Below, one piece after another: positions 13,362-28,730 of a stretch of 64,000 nucleotides of DNA. The notes beneath the pieces were generated by a model. That model ran no database searches and had not been told where the DNA came from. It saw nothing but the letters and a program-made list of their open reading frames with translations. Source of the DNA: Chrysomallon squamiferum (lineage: Eukaryota > Animalia > Mollusca). Every line of letters starts with the position of its first letter. The stretch's first letter is position 1. The stretch covers positions 13,206,001 to 13,270,000 of the forward strand of contig CM022669.1 in the NCBI GenBank assembly GCA_012295275.1, given 5' to 3'. The translations under genes and the position numbers were made by a program.

Positions 13362-13650
13362 ACTGTACAAAGTATAAACAAGGTAACAGGTAACTGACAA
13401 GACAGTTTTAACTATACATTAATACTGATGTAAATACATGCAAATGAGGTCAGGTGCAGTTAATAAAATGCAAGTGGAATTATTTACAACCACAGTTATA
13501 TGTAAGAGTATACATGCATTTAAGTATAGATCAGTACAAAGTATAAATGTAAGTAATGGGTAACTCTGACAAGAGAAAAATTAATTATCTGTTAATAACC
13601 ATGTAAATGCAAATACGGTGAAATGGTCTGAATAAAATACAAATTAGAAT
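13362..13650. repeat. Diverged ~170-bp tandem duplication
   Basis: gtacaaagtataaa...ggtaac(tc)tgacaaga...atgtaaat...aataaaat occurs twice. Confidence 0.6.
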
Positions 13651-14491
13651 GACATTTCTGTGTTAGGGTATATATGCATGCTTGTTGAATAATGGTGATG
13701 ATTATGTATAGATATGAACATTTTTAGTTTTAAATCTTATTACACACTTTTGCCTCTGAGTATCCATCTTAAAAATAAAATTAAAATAAATAAATAAACA
13801 TAAATAAATAAATAAATAAATAAACAAATAAAATAAATTTCTCCAAATTCTCAAATGATATCTTAAGAATAATAAACACTGAGAGAAATCTTTTAAAAGA
13901 AATCTCATTACATTTCTTACCTATTATTATCATCATTTATATTAACTGTCATAAAAAAGTCAGCATGAAATCACTTGACCATATGAAAATACATGTCCCA
14001 TGTGTTTCATAAACAGTAAACAAATTGGCCATTTAGGTCAATAACAAAAACAACTTCAGCCAAAATCCATTACCTGTGAATATAATTACTGCAGGTAAAA
14101 ACTGCTGTGGCAACTTCCAAAACTGCTGTCTAAAATGCCAGCTATTTAGATTGTCAATGGCCATATCTTTTTTATTTTTTTTTTAAATGCCAACATATTC
14201 ACCAATATTATTATAATTTTTGTTATTATTATTGTTATTGTTGTTGTTTCAATATTGTGGATACAGAGTCATAAATATATGTTCCAAGACACTTTAGCCA
14301 TATTATAATTCAACATATCAATACCTCTCCAATTTAAACAGTTTATTAAAGCAGAATGATGCAAACATTCACAACTGCTGATAAAGATGCTGTATAGGAG
14401 AAGTATTTTCTACTGCTATAAACTGTCATATACATTTTACACCTGACATTAATTAAACAAGTCTGTATGTCTGTCTGTCTGTGTGTTTGTC

Positions 14492-14495
<4 letters not shown>

Positions 14496-14579
<84 letters not shown>
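14496..14579. repeat. (GT)n microsatellite
   Basis: Directly visible; similar tracts at ~19100, ~23066, ~48741 (AC) and ~59020 (AC). Confidence 0.95.
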
Positions 14580-14580
<1 letters not shown>

Positions 14581-15108
14581 ATATGTGCGAATGCTTGAAC
14601 TATTCTGTGCTTGATTGAGTACATGTGTGTGTTGCATCTTTCTCAGTGTATGTAAAATAAAAAAAATAAAAAATGAAATGCACAAAGCAAGATCACTTTA
14701 ATGTATTATTTAAGCTGTTTCTTTAAAAAACTGAATAATAAACTGGACACACTGTCACAGTTTAGATTTGTTTTATCTAAAGATTAAAAGAGAGACAATT
14801 TCTACAGCCTGCTATTCTGTCAGTTAACAAAACAAAGAGACATACTTACAAATTCTTTCCCCTCAAGCCACAGATGTGAATAAATTAAGAAATATCATAT
14901 TCCAGATTATTTATGCTGAATTGTTTTAAGATTGTTCATTGGTTTTTTTTCATCAGTGGTGAAGCTTAACTGTCACTTTATATTTCTATTGATTTATTTA
15001 TTTCCACACACTTACAACTATTGGTGCTGTGAGAAAACATCAATGTTGTCGGATGTATGCCACCTTTACACATCATATTATTTACAGTACATGTGTCAGA
15101 ATCATCAT

Positions 15109-15140
<32 letters not shown>

Positions 15141-16320
15141 GAAATATATAGGATATGCTGATGACTATCATGTGATATTAACTTAGTATTTATGTTAATT
15201 TAGATATGAAGATCTAAAGTTTGTTTTTTCAACATTAGCTGTATAAATATTTTGAATGTAGGAAGAAATCGTGTTTACAAAACGAAACATCAATGGAAGT
15301 TTTCTGCAAATAGCATGGCCGTGTGCCAAATACCTTGCATGCATATTTCCAGAAAGAAAAGAAAAAAACAACATTTCTATACAAGAATCTAAAATAGGAA
15401 GAATGAATTCTTGATGTGTTGATGTGAATTCAAACTGCACACACTCTACTTGTTTAGCATTTAACATTCACTGGTTGTGAAAACATATATCAGAAACCGA
15501 ACTTAAGTAACAATACACGGTATGTGTGTATTTGTGTAATGTGTGTATGTTTATTCTTATAAGCTGTTTAAGTGAATAAATTGCACATGTACAAATGTCT
15601 GTATCACTGTAAATATGTCTATGTGTGTGTGTGATGATTATTACTGCATTTATATGTGTGTATCATATTATTTCAAATTTTCTTGTTATACAAATTAATA
15701 ATGGTAATTTTATATATATATATATATATAGATAGATAGATAGATAGATAGACAGAGATAGACAGATATAGATATATAGATATACATATATACATATATA
15801 CATATACATTATATGTACTTGCAAATAACAGTAATAAGGACTTGTTTATATATGATTTTTCTTCATTTTTTCTCTATCTTTTTTTTTCTTTTTTTAATTT
15901 TTTTAAATTAAATATCACTGAATGTTCACATGTCCAGGGAGTGATTCAAGGCTATGTGTCACTGTAAACTTTGTAGTGGCTTATATAAAATAGTATGATA
16001 AACTTTAGTTGCTTTTTTTCAAAGATCAAATTCCATGTTGAACCTCCTGCAATAGTTTTCTTGCTAGCTACAAACGTATGCACTGATAGAAAGGTGCCAC
16101 TAGATAAACTAAAGTAGGTGTTGTTGGATAAAACAAACTGTGGGTGATTAAAAACTGTGTGACAGGAAGGGTGGAATGTTCAATTTGTTTTTTGTTTGTT
16201 TAATTTTTTTTTTTTTTTTTAATGTTTTTTTTCTTCTTTTTTTTAACAAATATATAAAATTGTCCACTGAAGCACCAAATCAAGAAACATACATGGCAAA
16301 CAGTAATAACTGTTTTGTGG

Positions 16321-16398
16321 AATGAATGAATGAATGAATGAATGAATGCTTAACAACAGCCCAGCACAAAAAAGTTACTGGCTAGTGGGTGTCAAACC
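16321..16398 (-). mobile_element. SINE 3' tail remnant ending in (TTCA)n
   Basis: (gaat)n-gcttaacaacagcccagcacaaaaaa...ggctagtgggtgtcaaac resembles tails of gastropod SINEs (recognised from memory, not searched). Confidence 0.4.
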
Positions 16399-18554
16399 AA
16401 AGATAAATTTAAAATGAATGTGCTGTATGAACCATCCCATCTGTCCATCCTTTTTGAGATTTATATAATCCAAAATATGAAAGACAGAGAGAATGAATTG
16501 GATATGGAAAAAAAATAAATAAATAAATAAATAAAAAAATATAAAAAAAAGGATAAAAAAAAAAAAACTTGAAAAGTAAAGAAAATTAAATCGGAAGAAA
16601 GAATAAGAAGGACAAGAAAAGGGAGAGGAAGAGACAAGAATTATAAACAAATAAAAGATTTTTTTTAGCCAGAAATTACCTACACACACAATCAATGTGT
16701 AGAATCAGGAGAAGGAGATTAGAGAATGCAAGTGATGGGATAATTACTGCAATTATTAACATCTGGAGAAAATTCCTTGCACAAACTCTGCACACAGGAC
16801 TATAACAACAGACAAACATTCCGAATAATAAGATAAAAATAACAGTAAAATGCACATACACACGTACACACACTTACGACCTCACTGAAGCGACATATAC
16901 AACAGATTTTTCCTGATCAATAATAATTGTTATCTTCACACATTATAAAAAAACTAAACATTTCTTTATAGTCCAAAACCATTATCAAATAAATATTGGA
17001 AAACTGATTTCCAGTACAAAATCTATCAGAAGGAAAAAAGAGAATCTATTTATATTTAGTGTTTGCTTTCTTACAGGTTCTGGATTGAATACCCTAGCTA
17101 AATTATGCATTACTGAACAATTGTTAATTAGTATGTACATAGTAATTATATTCACATGAATGGGTTAACTGATCTTTGAACTGTACATGTGGCAGTATAA
17201 ACATGTTAAAATACTGTTATACTTCCCAATTTATTATTAAACTGTCTTTGGCAACCTGTCATCACTCATCAAAAAAGTATTTTTAAACAGCATTTTTTTG
17301 TTTATACTTCATTATTAATTAAGAATGCATAGCTGAAACACCCAAACAACAAACAAAACATAACATAACCATATATACAGTCATATGCAGATACACCCAG
17401 ACATAGATTATCTGTATAAATCATGATTTAGGAATGTTGAAAGCACCATTTGTTTGATTCTTAATATCACATTTGAAAATCTTCAAGAACTTTGACCCTT
17501 TTTAGACCACCTTCTAAGACCAAAGTCTAATCGGATACGTTGATAAGAAAATCAATTCATTTCTAAGTTTATATAAACAAAGTTTCACAGCCAAACTGAA
17601 ACTTCTAAAATTAAACATCTGAGAAAATTAACAAAATTAACACAAAGACCAATTAAAAATTGCTATAATTTTCACATGTATTTAAATTTTATTAACTTTT
17701 CAGTCTATAGATTTAAATTACCAAAGAATCAGTTAACAATTTAACATTCCCTGTAATAATAAAATATAAATAATTAAAATTTGAAAATAAAATATAACAA
17801 TATACCTATCTGATATTAGCTTCTGAAGTTTTACATAAAAATGTTTTTATTATTTTCTAAATGTATCTGCTTCCAGAAGACATATGGTTATTGTATTTCG
17901 CACAATGTATTCTGGCGGTGTTAAAGAAATGTTCATTTATAAATTTATGCATTCCAAATTTATGCATAACATGTCACTGCCTGGGAAATGTAACAAGTAA
18001 CAAGCAACAGGTTTATGTTTATCTATAATAAAAAGGAAGAATCTAAACATTAGCAGTCATAAATAATTAGTATCGCATGGATTATTTATCTGGCATACTG
18101 TCTGTCTTTCATTATGCATTAAGCACAATGCATTTAGCATTATTAAGTTTAAATGGGGGTGTTATGTGATGGGTTTTTTTAATTAGTATAATGTATTTGA
18201 TAACTGCATAGTCTAAGCATAAAAATTAGAATAATAATAATAATAAAATTAAAATACATTTCAAATATTTCAATTTCATAGATATTTAACACTTTTGCAA
18301 TTTACATATTCTAATTAACCTACTGCAGTAATATTTAAGTTGTATTCAGATATTTCAAAATCAATTTATGAAACAGATGCATCTGACAGTCCAGTATATA
18401 ACAATAATATAGAAATATAGAATATTAATAATAATAATAATAATAACGAAAGTTTGAAACATTAAACATGAAACAAAATAATTTGAAGTTTAACAGATTA
18501 AAGAAAGTATTCATATAGTTGAGAAAAGCAATCCCAGTTTACCCTGCATGCATA

Positions 18555-18840
18555 GACTGAATAAGGGATCCTCAATATACACAGTATTCATTCATTCAAT
18601 AAAGGAGTCTCTAACATACAGCATTCATACAGAATAAAACAATCTGTAATATACAATATTCATTAATTAAATAAAGGGAACTCTAACAAACAGCATTCAC
18701 TGAATAAAGGGACACCCAGTGTGCATACTATGTATCCATCAAACAAATATATTCCCAGCATACATAGTATTCATATACTGATAAAAATGGGTCTTCAGTG
18801 CACACCTTTTTCATAAACTGATTAAATGGTTATCCCTAAA
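18555..18840. repeat. Degenerate ~33-36 bp minisatellite (gaataaaggga..ctctaacatacagcattca)
   Basis: Repeated aataaagg / cagcattca / cagtattca cores. Confidence 0.55.
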
Positions 18841-19093
18841 ACACAATGTAGACACTTCAGTGTTGTTGGTTCAAGACCCACTTAAGTAGTGTAGTAGTGA
18901 CAGGTGCAGATAACGTCAATGAGTAACTCATTGAATGTGTCTTCCGATGACATCTATCAAGTAACACTTCTTACTGGTTACCATTTTGTTTGATTTTTTT
19001 TAATTAATAACACGTAAATGTGTATTCTGATGTAATCTTTATAAATATGTATACATGTATATGTATGTATGTATGTATATATGTATGTATGTA

Positions 19094-19152
<59 letters not shown>

Positions 19153-20284
19153 ATATAAGCATGATAAATATGTATTTACTGTATATATGGTACAAACCAT
19201 TAACTGTAGGGCCGTGTTATGACATAAGTGAATGAAATGTGATATTACTATTTACTAATACTAATTCTAATGCATTTACATAATACACAATCCAGGCAGG
19301 GCATTATACTACATTGGACTTTATTAACAGGTCAGTTAAAAGGAAGTTATTCACAGATTAGTCCATGCTTCTTGCACTTTCCACCTGCATTTAGTGGAAG
19401 TCAGTCCTCAAATCTGAACTTAGAACCCATCAATCTTGAACTTGGTGGAACTGGGTTTATAGTTCAATGATTTGTACATTGGCTGACGTGTGAATGGCCA
19501 CAGGATCAATTCTCTCTTCTTCACTTGGTGGTATTGCTATAAAGTTTAGTAGTTTTTGTTATTGGCTGCAGTATGATCAGTTGCACGATCGAATGATCGC
19601 TGTCTTCAGTATCTGCCCAGTATTATAAGATTTAATTTCCAACAGGTGTGCATAAAGGATACTTTGCAGTTGGGTCAAAAAGAATATTGCAAGAAGTTAA
19701 ACAGTTTCCATTTTTATACAAAACAAATGTTTATATTTGACTATTAATAATCAAAATTATAAAAATAATAATAAAATAATTAAAAAATCTAAGGTTTGTA
19801 AAACATTTACTTAAAGATTTTTAATCTTAATGACTACAAATTACATATTCAGTATGTGCTGATGCTATACTAGTTGTTTTTTTTTACTTCCAGAGAAACA
19901 AATTTATTAATTTTCATTTTTAATCATTTTTAACAGGTGACAGTATTTACATTTCTGTGTCAGCAATGATAAACCGTATTATTTCATTTCCTCCATTCAT
20001 CCAAACCCAATCACCGTCTTTTGTGAAAGCCAGGACAGCGTAAAAATCTATTTCCTACATCTGTAAGAAGAGCTTTTCATCCATGATGACTACTAATCAA
20101 GGTACACAGTTTATCATTTGTTGGTGTCATTTAGTGCATCTCATTTGTATTATGTGCCAGCTCTGACATGCAAGCTTGATCAAATGCTTTAATATAAACA
20201 ATAAAAAAAATAATAAATAAAACAATGTCGACACATCTTGCATGAAGAAAACTAATAAATGCAACTGCTGCATACATTCCCTAA

Positions 20285-20321
<37 letters not shown>

Positions 20322-21687
20322 CACATCTTCCACTAAGGAATTACTACTGCATTTAAAAACAAATTGAAATATTACTATCAATACATTTTTTCTAAATTAC
20401 TCAAAACAGACAAACACAAGAAACTGAGTTTATGTATACGCATTAGATTCACAAAATGGATAAATAATTTATTGAAAAATCTTTATTATTGGACATCCTA
20501 CATAAGAAGATCTGACGGCCAGTATTAAAAATGTATTATTTATATAAGTCTACTCTGGCATCAAATACACAAGACACAAGCTGACTTGTACTACACCATA
20601 CATCTCTGATTAACAAAATATCTAATACCCACAGCTGTCAAAACAGTTTCAGACGGGACACACCTTGATAAAAAGTCGAGGTCAAGCCAAGTTGTAACAA
20701 TCTAACCTTCAGGTGCTCCTGTCTGTACATACGTCACTGAGCCTGATGCAAGATAACAGAATTAATTATCAAACTCAAACTTCTATCAAGGTGCTGTCAG
20801 CATGTGTTGATGGTTGTAAAAACGTATGAATATTTGTTAAGCAAGATTCTTGAATTAGCTTGTTCGAGATATTCTGTTATGTTTCTCGTGTAATGTTATT
20901 AGTATGGAAATGTGCATCCAGTTCATATGCCACTATTATCAGATTATTTACAGATGGTTTATAAATCCATCTTTCCACATACTATACACTGTAATCTTTG
21001 AATAACTAGTCCTGAAAACATCTCAGTGGTTGCAGAGAGGATTAAACATTCAACATGCTATATCTAAAAACAGGACTTACATTGTATTTCAGTTAAAATG
21101 TGTTTAAATAAAAGCAAAAATTATTTTAAGTTAAATATTTTTTTCTGATGTTTAGGATTTTTGTTTAATTAATTCTTGTGTAAATATTTAAAAAGATCAA
21201 TCTCAATTGTTTATTTAGCATGTCAATAATTTGTTATATTTTCATGATTATTTTTCTCTTATAAAAGCTTTAATTCCAAAAGAATCTGAAAGCATTTGAA
21301 TCATTTGGGTGATATAACATTAGTAATAATCTAAACTTTTCGTAATTTCTAATAGTTTTTGTTTCAGTGATTAACCTAACCATCTCTGCTGTGTGCATGT
21401 GCACATGTATTCTGCACCTGTTTATGCAAATTTCACAGACATAATCAAACTGTATTTTACTCTTTCTCCAGAATAAAATAAATGTAAGTATCTTACTGCT
21501 AATAACAAACATGCATAACATTTTTTGAAGAAATAGAAATTAGGTTTTGTTATTTGTTTTTACATCATTTTCTTCTCATAAAATAAAAACGGTAATAATG
21601 TTTCTTATTCTTGTGTTCTATTTTGTTTGTTTTTTAAACAATAACAACAAAAACAAAAGCATTCTGTAATAATTAAATTGAAAAGGC

Positions 21688-21720
<33 letters not shown>

Positions 21721-23064
21721 TTGACAACAAAACTGTCAGAGAGGCAATATTTTTTTATAGCCGAATTGGCATGAACTATGTAACATATGCTTGAGGCAGA
21801 TCATGTTACTGATCATGATATTAAAATTAATCTTATCTTAAACACTTTCGAAGAGTTAACACATGTGATTTACCTTGGACTTTCAGGTGGCTTTAATTAT
21901 ATTTCTGAAATGATATTTTCAAACATCAGTTAAGTAAAGAAGCAACCTTTTAACATTTCCAAGCACAAATTAATGCGTAATCTGAAGTTCAGCATGTTAA
22001 GAAAACAATATTTGTTTTTAAATACTTAATGTGTGTGTTTTGTGTATGTTTGTGTTATGCTTTTTGTTTTCAATTGACAAATGAAACTGTAAATAATTCA
22101 GAACAGATTATATTTATTTCAATTATTATTTTGTTCTCTGCTAATACCTTACCTACTCTGTGTGTGTGTGTGTGTGTGAGAGAGACAAAGATCGAAAATG
22201 CAGCTGTCCTTCTCTTACAATGCTTTTGAACATATTTGTTGCAACATATGTACAAGTTCTGTAGGATTTACTCATTTGTGGGCCATTTCACAGATCAGGT
22301 CTTATATTTCTATGGTGTATGTACGTGTGTGTGTTTGTGTATGAGTGTGGGTGGGTTCTGGTTTCTGTGTTGTTTTTAGTTGTTACCTGTAGGCATGTTA
22401 ATGATTTTTAAAAATACATCATTATCATTATTATCATTATCATCATTATCATTCTCAGTATTATTATTATTATTATACAAGATCTTGTTTTGTATGTTTA
22501 AATGAAAACATCAAATCAGCTTTATCTGATAAAAACCTCGCAAATGACAAACATCAAATTATTTTGAAAATAAAAATGCATCTGTTTTCACATAACACAT
22601 GCCACAGACATCTAGCTTTAAACCAATAATAACAGTGACTTTAACACAGCAAATTCACTTTTAACAAATAAGAGCTCTGGAATTCTCTTATAAACGCTTG
22701 TTCTTTTGCTTGAAGAATGAGAACACCAATCCTGTCATTATTAAAGGTACAATAGGCATTATAATAGGGGCTCCATGGTCTAGTTCACATTGCCAATACT
22801 TTCCATACGGAAAACAATATTGAAGTATAATGCAACACAGTGACCCATACAGATGACCTGGTAGATTTTTATTTTTTAACAATGGGTAAATGGGTCAGCC
22901 AAGTGAACACACATATATAGGCCTATGTATGAAATGTGTTTTCAGTATGTTTACTCTGTACATGTACAAGTATGCATGCACATTATATAGACATGTATAT
23001 ACATGCATCTGTTTATGAATGTATGAATATATGTGTATTTTTACATGTAAATATTTAGGCAGGG

Positions 23065-23133
<69 letters not shown>

Positions 23134-24289
23134 TCTGACTAATATTCACATGCTGTGAGATGAGGTATCTATATACATGTTTAAATATCAGTATACATAT
23201 CTGCTTACATTAAAACTGAAAGCATACGTTTGACTGTACAAGTAAATAGCCAATACATTGTATGCATATCCCAGTTATTATTTTATGTTTCTCGTGACCA
23301 GTTTTTAACCAATAACCCAACAATTATTCAGCAAACTCACAAAGATGCACAGGCAGGCATTTCTGTTATCATGATGTGATTTTATAAATAGAAAACTAAA
23401 ACAAACTGACAGATCAAGTAAATAATCATTACAGTGGTAAACAAAATCAATCATGTGGAAATATCAAGGTCGCAGGTAATGGCAAACAGGCGGAAACCAA
23501 GCATGATGAAATAATAAATGGTCAGTATTAGTTGACTGTTAAGATGTTATCTTCATCTTATCTGTAAATAGGATAAAAAATTAAAAAAAACAAGGACACG
23601 GGCAAAAGATAATAGGGACAATATTATTTCCTTATTGTTTAACTGACATAAGTATTTTAAGTACAAGTTCAAGTAGGTACAAATACTATAAACAGGATTT
23701 TTTTGGAAGGAGGGATTTGCCACTTGACGAACTGTTGTGGATTTATTATAAAATTATGATAACTATAAAAAAAACTAAAAAGTTTTAACAGTATTGCTGT
23801 GCTATTTATATTAGTTAGTTTTACATTATAAATAATATAGTTACTGAATAACCACATATGCTATATATTAGTATCATTAATCAATCAAAAACAGTATGTA
23901 TGTAAATTTTATGTTCAATAGTTAAATAAATCGACGTCTGCAAAAAGTGTTCAATGTTTTTGCAAATTTTGTTCTGCGTCTGAAGAAATGGATAAAAGAA
24001 GAATGGATTCCATGTTTTCATAATAAATATAATTTGCTATTTTAGCAGTAAATAAGTGATTTTATGAAAATGTACGAATAGTATGGATAAAACACATTTC
24101 TTGATAGGTAAATACTAAAATGGAGATTATTAACATTTAATGGAATATTTTAATTTAAGTTTTATGCTTTTACAAAATGTTGATTTTTAAATATAAAAAT
24201 AACAATAATAAATTAAAATCCGGCATATTGTTAATAAAGTCACAATTATTAATTAAATTTTGTCTTTATTACTTTTCTGAAAGACAAAA

Positions 24290-24990
24290 CCACGCGTCTG
24301 TAAAATGACATCAGAAGTGAAACATAAAATAGAAAAAAAGAAGGAAGACAGTAAAGTAAACAAATACTTACAAATTAAACTTATTTCTAATCAATGATTA
24401 AATTATAAAACGTAACCAAAAATTAACTTACTTTATAATTTATCACTAACTCGTGTTTATCTTCTTTATAGGACTATCACTTCGCACGGAAAAAGCATGA
24501 TACGAAAAATCATCGATTACAAGTAGTCGACTACGAAAAACGTAAACACCATCAGACGTCATACGAGCAAACCCGCCAAACTAGTCATTTTCTGATTGGT
24601 TATTCTAAAATTAGTTTTCCATTCATGGTGTAGTTCCCATAGACGATTCCATTTGCTGTACTAGTGTACAGATTATTTATTACCGTTGTTATCCGGTTAC
24701 TTCGTGTTATAGACTAATTGTTTTTTATATTACTTTTATGAAAATTAATTCATAAAAATGCAAAAGTCTTAATAAATACCTACGACAGATACCGTATAAA
24801 TGTTTTAAAAAGACAGTATTTACAACCAGATAAACTTGGATTCACCTATGTTAAACACAGAATTTACAAAATGACTACAACCGAATCTGGTGACTTTTTT
24901 CCACGTAGTGCCACGTTGTTGGCAATTTAATCATAATTTAGCTTTCAGGGACGTCGAGGTTCCAAGGAATTAGACATTCAAATAGCTAAA
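24290..24990. promoter_or_regulatory. Candidate promoter and non-coding first exon of ACSBG (possibly bidirectional)
   Basis: Local CpG enrichment against a CpG-poor background. CRE-like GACGTCA (24555), E2F-like CCCGCCAAA (24572), inverted CCAAT CTGATTGGT (24592), ACTACA/ZNF143-THAP11-like TGTAGTTCCCA (24629), two CCACGT (24901, 24911). Minus-strand GTAAGT donor at 24426-24431. Lies between the HERC1 3' end and the ACSBG coding start. Confidence 0.55.
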
Positions 24991-27900
24991 ACCGCATTAT
25001 TAATAATAATATGGCTTAACCTTTTCACTGTGTAATTCCATCTTATTTTAATTATAAGTGAGATAAAGAAGGATGTTGGAATGGATGTTTAATGACGGTT
25101 TCGTTCATTTCATATATTTTTTAAATTTTATTTATTTATTTATTTACTTATTTGTTTATTTTATTTTGTAATTTAATGAGTAAATGCTACTGTTATTATT
25201 ATTATTAAATATCCTATTTTTGCTCTCACAGGAAGTTCATGTAAAAGATTCCACCAGATAAATTAGAATGAATAGCTTACTGCATTGCACCAGGTTGTCT
25301 GTCATTATTGTGAAGTCATTAATTTTGTGGGTGTGTGCCAAGTTTAGTAAATTAAATATTCACTTTTTAATATAAAATGCCATATGATCTTTCAGATAGA
25401 GGGAGATGCTTATTATTTTTTATTTTACTTCTGTATGTATGTATTGATATGTGTGTTTTTATTTTGTTTCAATTCATTTTGACTATATATTCAACTGACA
25501 CCAAAAAATACCCTACAAACAACTCGATGCTTGTTCATATCTCATAGAATGAGAGCAAAAGGTTTTCTTGTTAATAAGCACCAATGTATATTAAAACCTG
25601 TAACAGAGTGCATTGATATGTTAAAGAAATATTCATGTATATTCTCTGCTTTATTGCATGAAATGTCATCTGAATGATTGAATGTTAAAAGCAAGCTAAA
25701 TAAAGAACAAAATGAAACAGTGTCTATGTGCAAGAGATACTTGCTAAACACAAATTCAGACATAAATGTCCAGATATGAAAACACATTTATGTTATTTTC
25801 AAAACCTGGAATAACTAACAGTAACAGCTAAATGGTGTGATTCAAACATTAAAACTAAATATTTAAAAACCTCCAGTATTAATGGTTTGTAAAAAATATA
25901 TAGTTTAGTCCCTTGAATATTCATAAATGTACTAAAATAAGTACTAAAATAAACACCACCTAAGTGACACAAGATTACAAAAAACTAGCAGCTTGTAAAG
26001 AAAAATTGTAATTTCTTCATTCACAACACCTTTAACCCTATTTAAGATAACATGGCTTGTTGTTTTAACCAAAGTTAATCAAACAAAACCACTTAAAACA
26101 ACATCAGTGTGAGCCAAAATACTCAAAAAGTTAATTATAAAATTCATTACCTGTGATACATATTAATTCTTTAATATTTAATGATGTAGGAGGCCACTTC
26201 GATTTTATTTATTTAAATTCTTTTGCTGCACAGAATATATGCTTTCCTTTTAAATTTGATTTTAATACCAATAATAGAAGACAAGAAATGTGAAATTTTA
26301 AGATAATGAACTAGCTGTAAGAAATCTTTAACATGTATCCTCCCATAAACTATGTTTGTTACAACAGAGATACAGCTAGTGTGTGTAAACACAACCAAGT
26401 AAATAAATCATCTTTAAAAAAGACTAATACTCATAACAAAACAGAACATCCAGACAGGAAAAAATAACATTTAATCATTAAATTAACTGTCATTTACACT
26501 TTTAAATATCTAGAACACTTATTTATTAATGAACACATTCCATTAACAAACCTGCACACAGTAACACACTTAAAAAGAGAGAAGAAAAAAAGAAAACGAT
26601 AAAATGGCCATTCATATTGGCATGAGCAAAAAGTCACATTTGATTGCATCATCTCATTAAATTAATACACTACTGGCATGTCATTTGATGCATATATATC
26701 ACTGAAACCAAAAAAATATGTTTATAATTTCATAGCAATCCCATTAAACAAAAAAGATAAATAAAAATAAAATTTATATACACAAAGCTGCGATTTAGTT
26801 TCGAAAAATTTAATTTTTTTCTGAACTGCATTGTTCATAATATGCTATCTTAAATATCTAATGATAAAAATTCATATTTAAATTAAAAAAAAATATAAAA
26901 ATGATTGTTGCCATATGCTAAAATTAATTTTTAGTCACTGCAACAAAAATTTGAGTAATTATTCAGAATCAGCATTTCAGAAAAATAACTTTAAATTTAA
27001 ATTCAGCATACAGAAATACTATAATTACAAATATTAACAAAAATAAAATAAAACTGGAAACAGCAATAATGTTCAAAAGATTTGTCATATCAACAGTTTT
27101 GTTCATCTATCTATACATGCATCAATGAAAAATAAAAAACAAATCATTCTAACAAAGATTTTTAATAATTTAGAGCTCTAAACTAAAATGAAAAAATATT
27201 TTTGAAAAAGGAAAATAATATTAAATTCATTTGTATTTCCAGTTTTCTTGCAAAAGTAAAAAGAAAGAAAATAGCATTTGATTAAATAAACAAGATGAAA
27301 AACACTACGAAGAACATTCAAAATGCACAGCAATAAAACCAAATGTTTAAAATATCTCATACAATCCACACTATCATACATGTTTATACTGAAAGGCATT
27401 ATATGAAAGACAATTTAAAAAAGATAATAATAATAAAGAAAAAGTATAAAAAAATAAATAAAAAATAAATAATTAAAATTAAACTGTTATAGACATAATA
27501 CTGTATATAAATAAAAACGGGATAATTTGAAAATACACATTTAATTTTTCAGTATCTGAATTCATTGGTCTTATTAATCAGTGGGACCAAACTGGAAGTA
27601 TAAAACTGAATGCAGTAAGAATTTATTTTTATTTTTTATTTTTATTTTTACTTATAACTAAAACAAATGGTCAAACTGATCACAAAAAGTCAGAAATCTA
27701 CAAAGGTTGGCATATCTGTGTTAATAATCTAAGCACCAACACTGTCAATTGTGACAGATAATGTTTATATTTACAAAAAACTCCCATGTGTTTATAAAAC
27801 AAAATATTTTTTCTTTTATTTTTGTAAAACATTTTTTATTATAATTATTTTTTTCTTCTTTTTTTTTATTATTATTATTATTTTTCTTTTTTAAGTTTTT

Positions 27901-28589
27901 TATTATTATTATTTTAGTGGGTTTTTTCATAGTTTTTTATTATTATTTTTTTTTTTTTTTTTTTACTGTTGTAGTTGTTTTCTCAGTGAAAACAGTAAAA
28001 AAAATTATTTTAAATTAAAATCAAGAAACTGTATCACAAGAGCCTGTTTAATTTGCTTTACAAATCTCGGTATAATCAGTAAAAAGATGCCTGTTAATTT
28101 TACTAGAACATTCCATGACTGCTTTAGCAAAGTTTCACATATGATTTTTAAATAATTTCTCACTCATACATATTGCAATATGTTTATATTAATTAAAATA
28201 AAACATGCTTATAAAGACAACTGAAAACTGAAAGCGTTAGTAATAATAAATATGAAATTTACCAACAGGTATTATTTAAATTTGATTTGTTTCTCAAAAT
28301 GCAGAAGTTTTGCATGTAGGTTAAAGCAGTTTAAAAACATAATAAATTAAAATAAATATAAACTAAAGAGAACAAGCAGAATACGTACAACTGATGCACA
28401 AAGTAAATAAATAATTGTAATTAAAATAAAGGTGTGTTCACACTAGGTGACAAACTGTGATAATCTGCTGCATCCAAATAAAGAATATTTTGAGGATACC
28501 TAAATAACAGTTCTGATATCAGTATGATTTTAACTCTGATATGAATATGATTTCAATTCAGATTTTAACTTTGATATCATTGTTATAGT

Positions 28590-28730
28590 ATCTGATATTA
28601 CGATTTTATCTATTATCATTACAATTTTATCTCATATCATTATGATTTTATCTCATATCATTATGATTTTTCTCATATCATTATGATTTTATCTCATATC
28701 ATTACCATTTTATCTTATATCATTACGATT
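28590..28730. repeat. 21-bp minisatellite (atctcatatcattatgatttt), probably within the HERC1 3' UTR
   Basis: 5-6 directly visible copies with decayed flanking copies. Confidence 0.85.

Noticed and set aside
18916-18934. Perfect palindrome tcaatgagt-a-actcattga and nearby B-box-like GGTTCAAGACCC
   Set aside because: Too short to call; no tRNA cloverleaf can be built
19270-19700. Less AT-rich patch with a 66-aa ORF
   Set aside because: No recognisable protein or element; possibly old repeat debris
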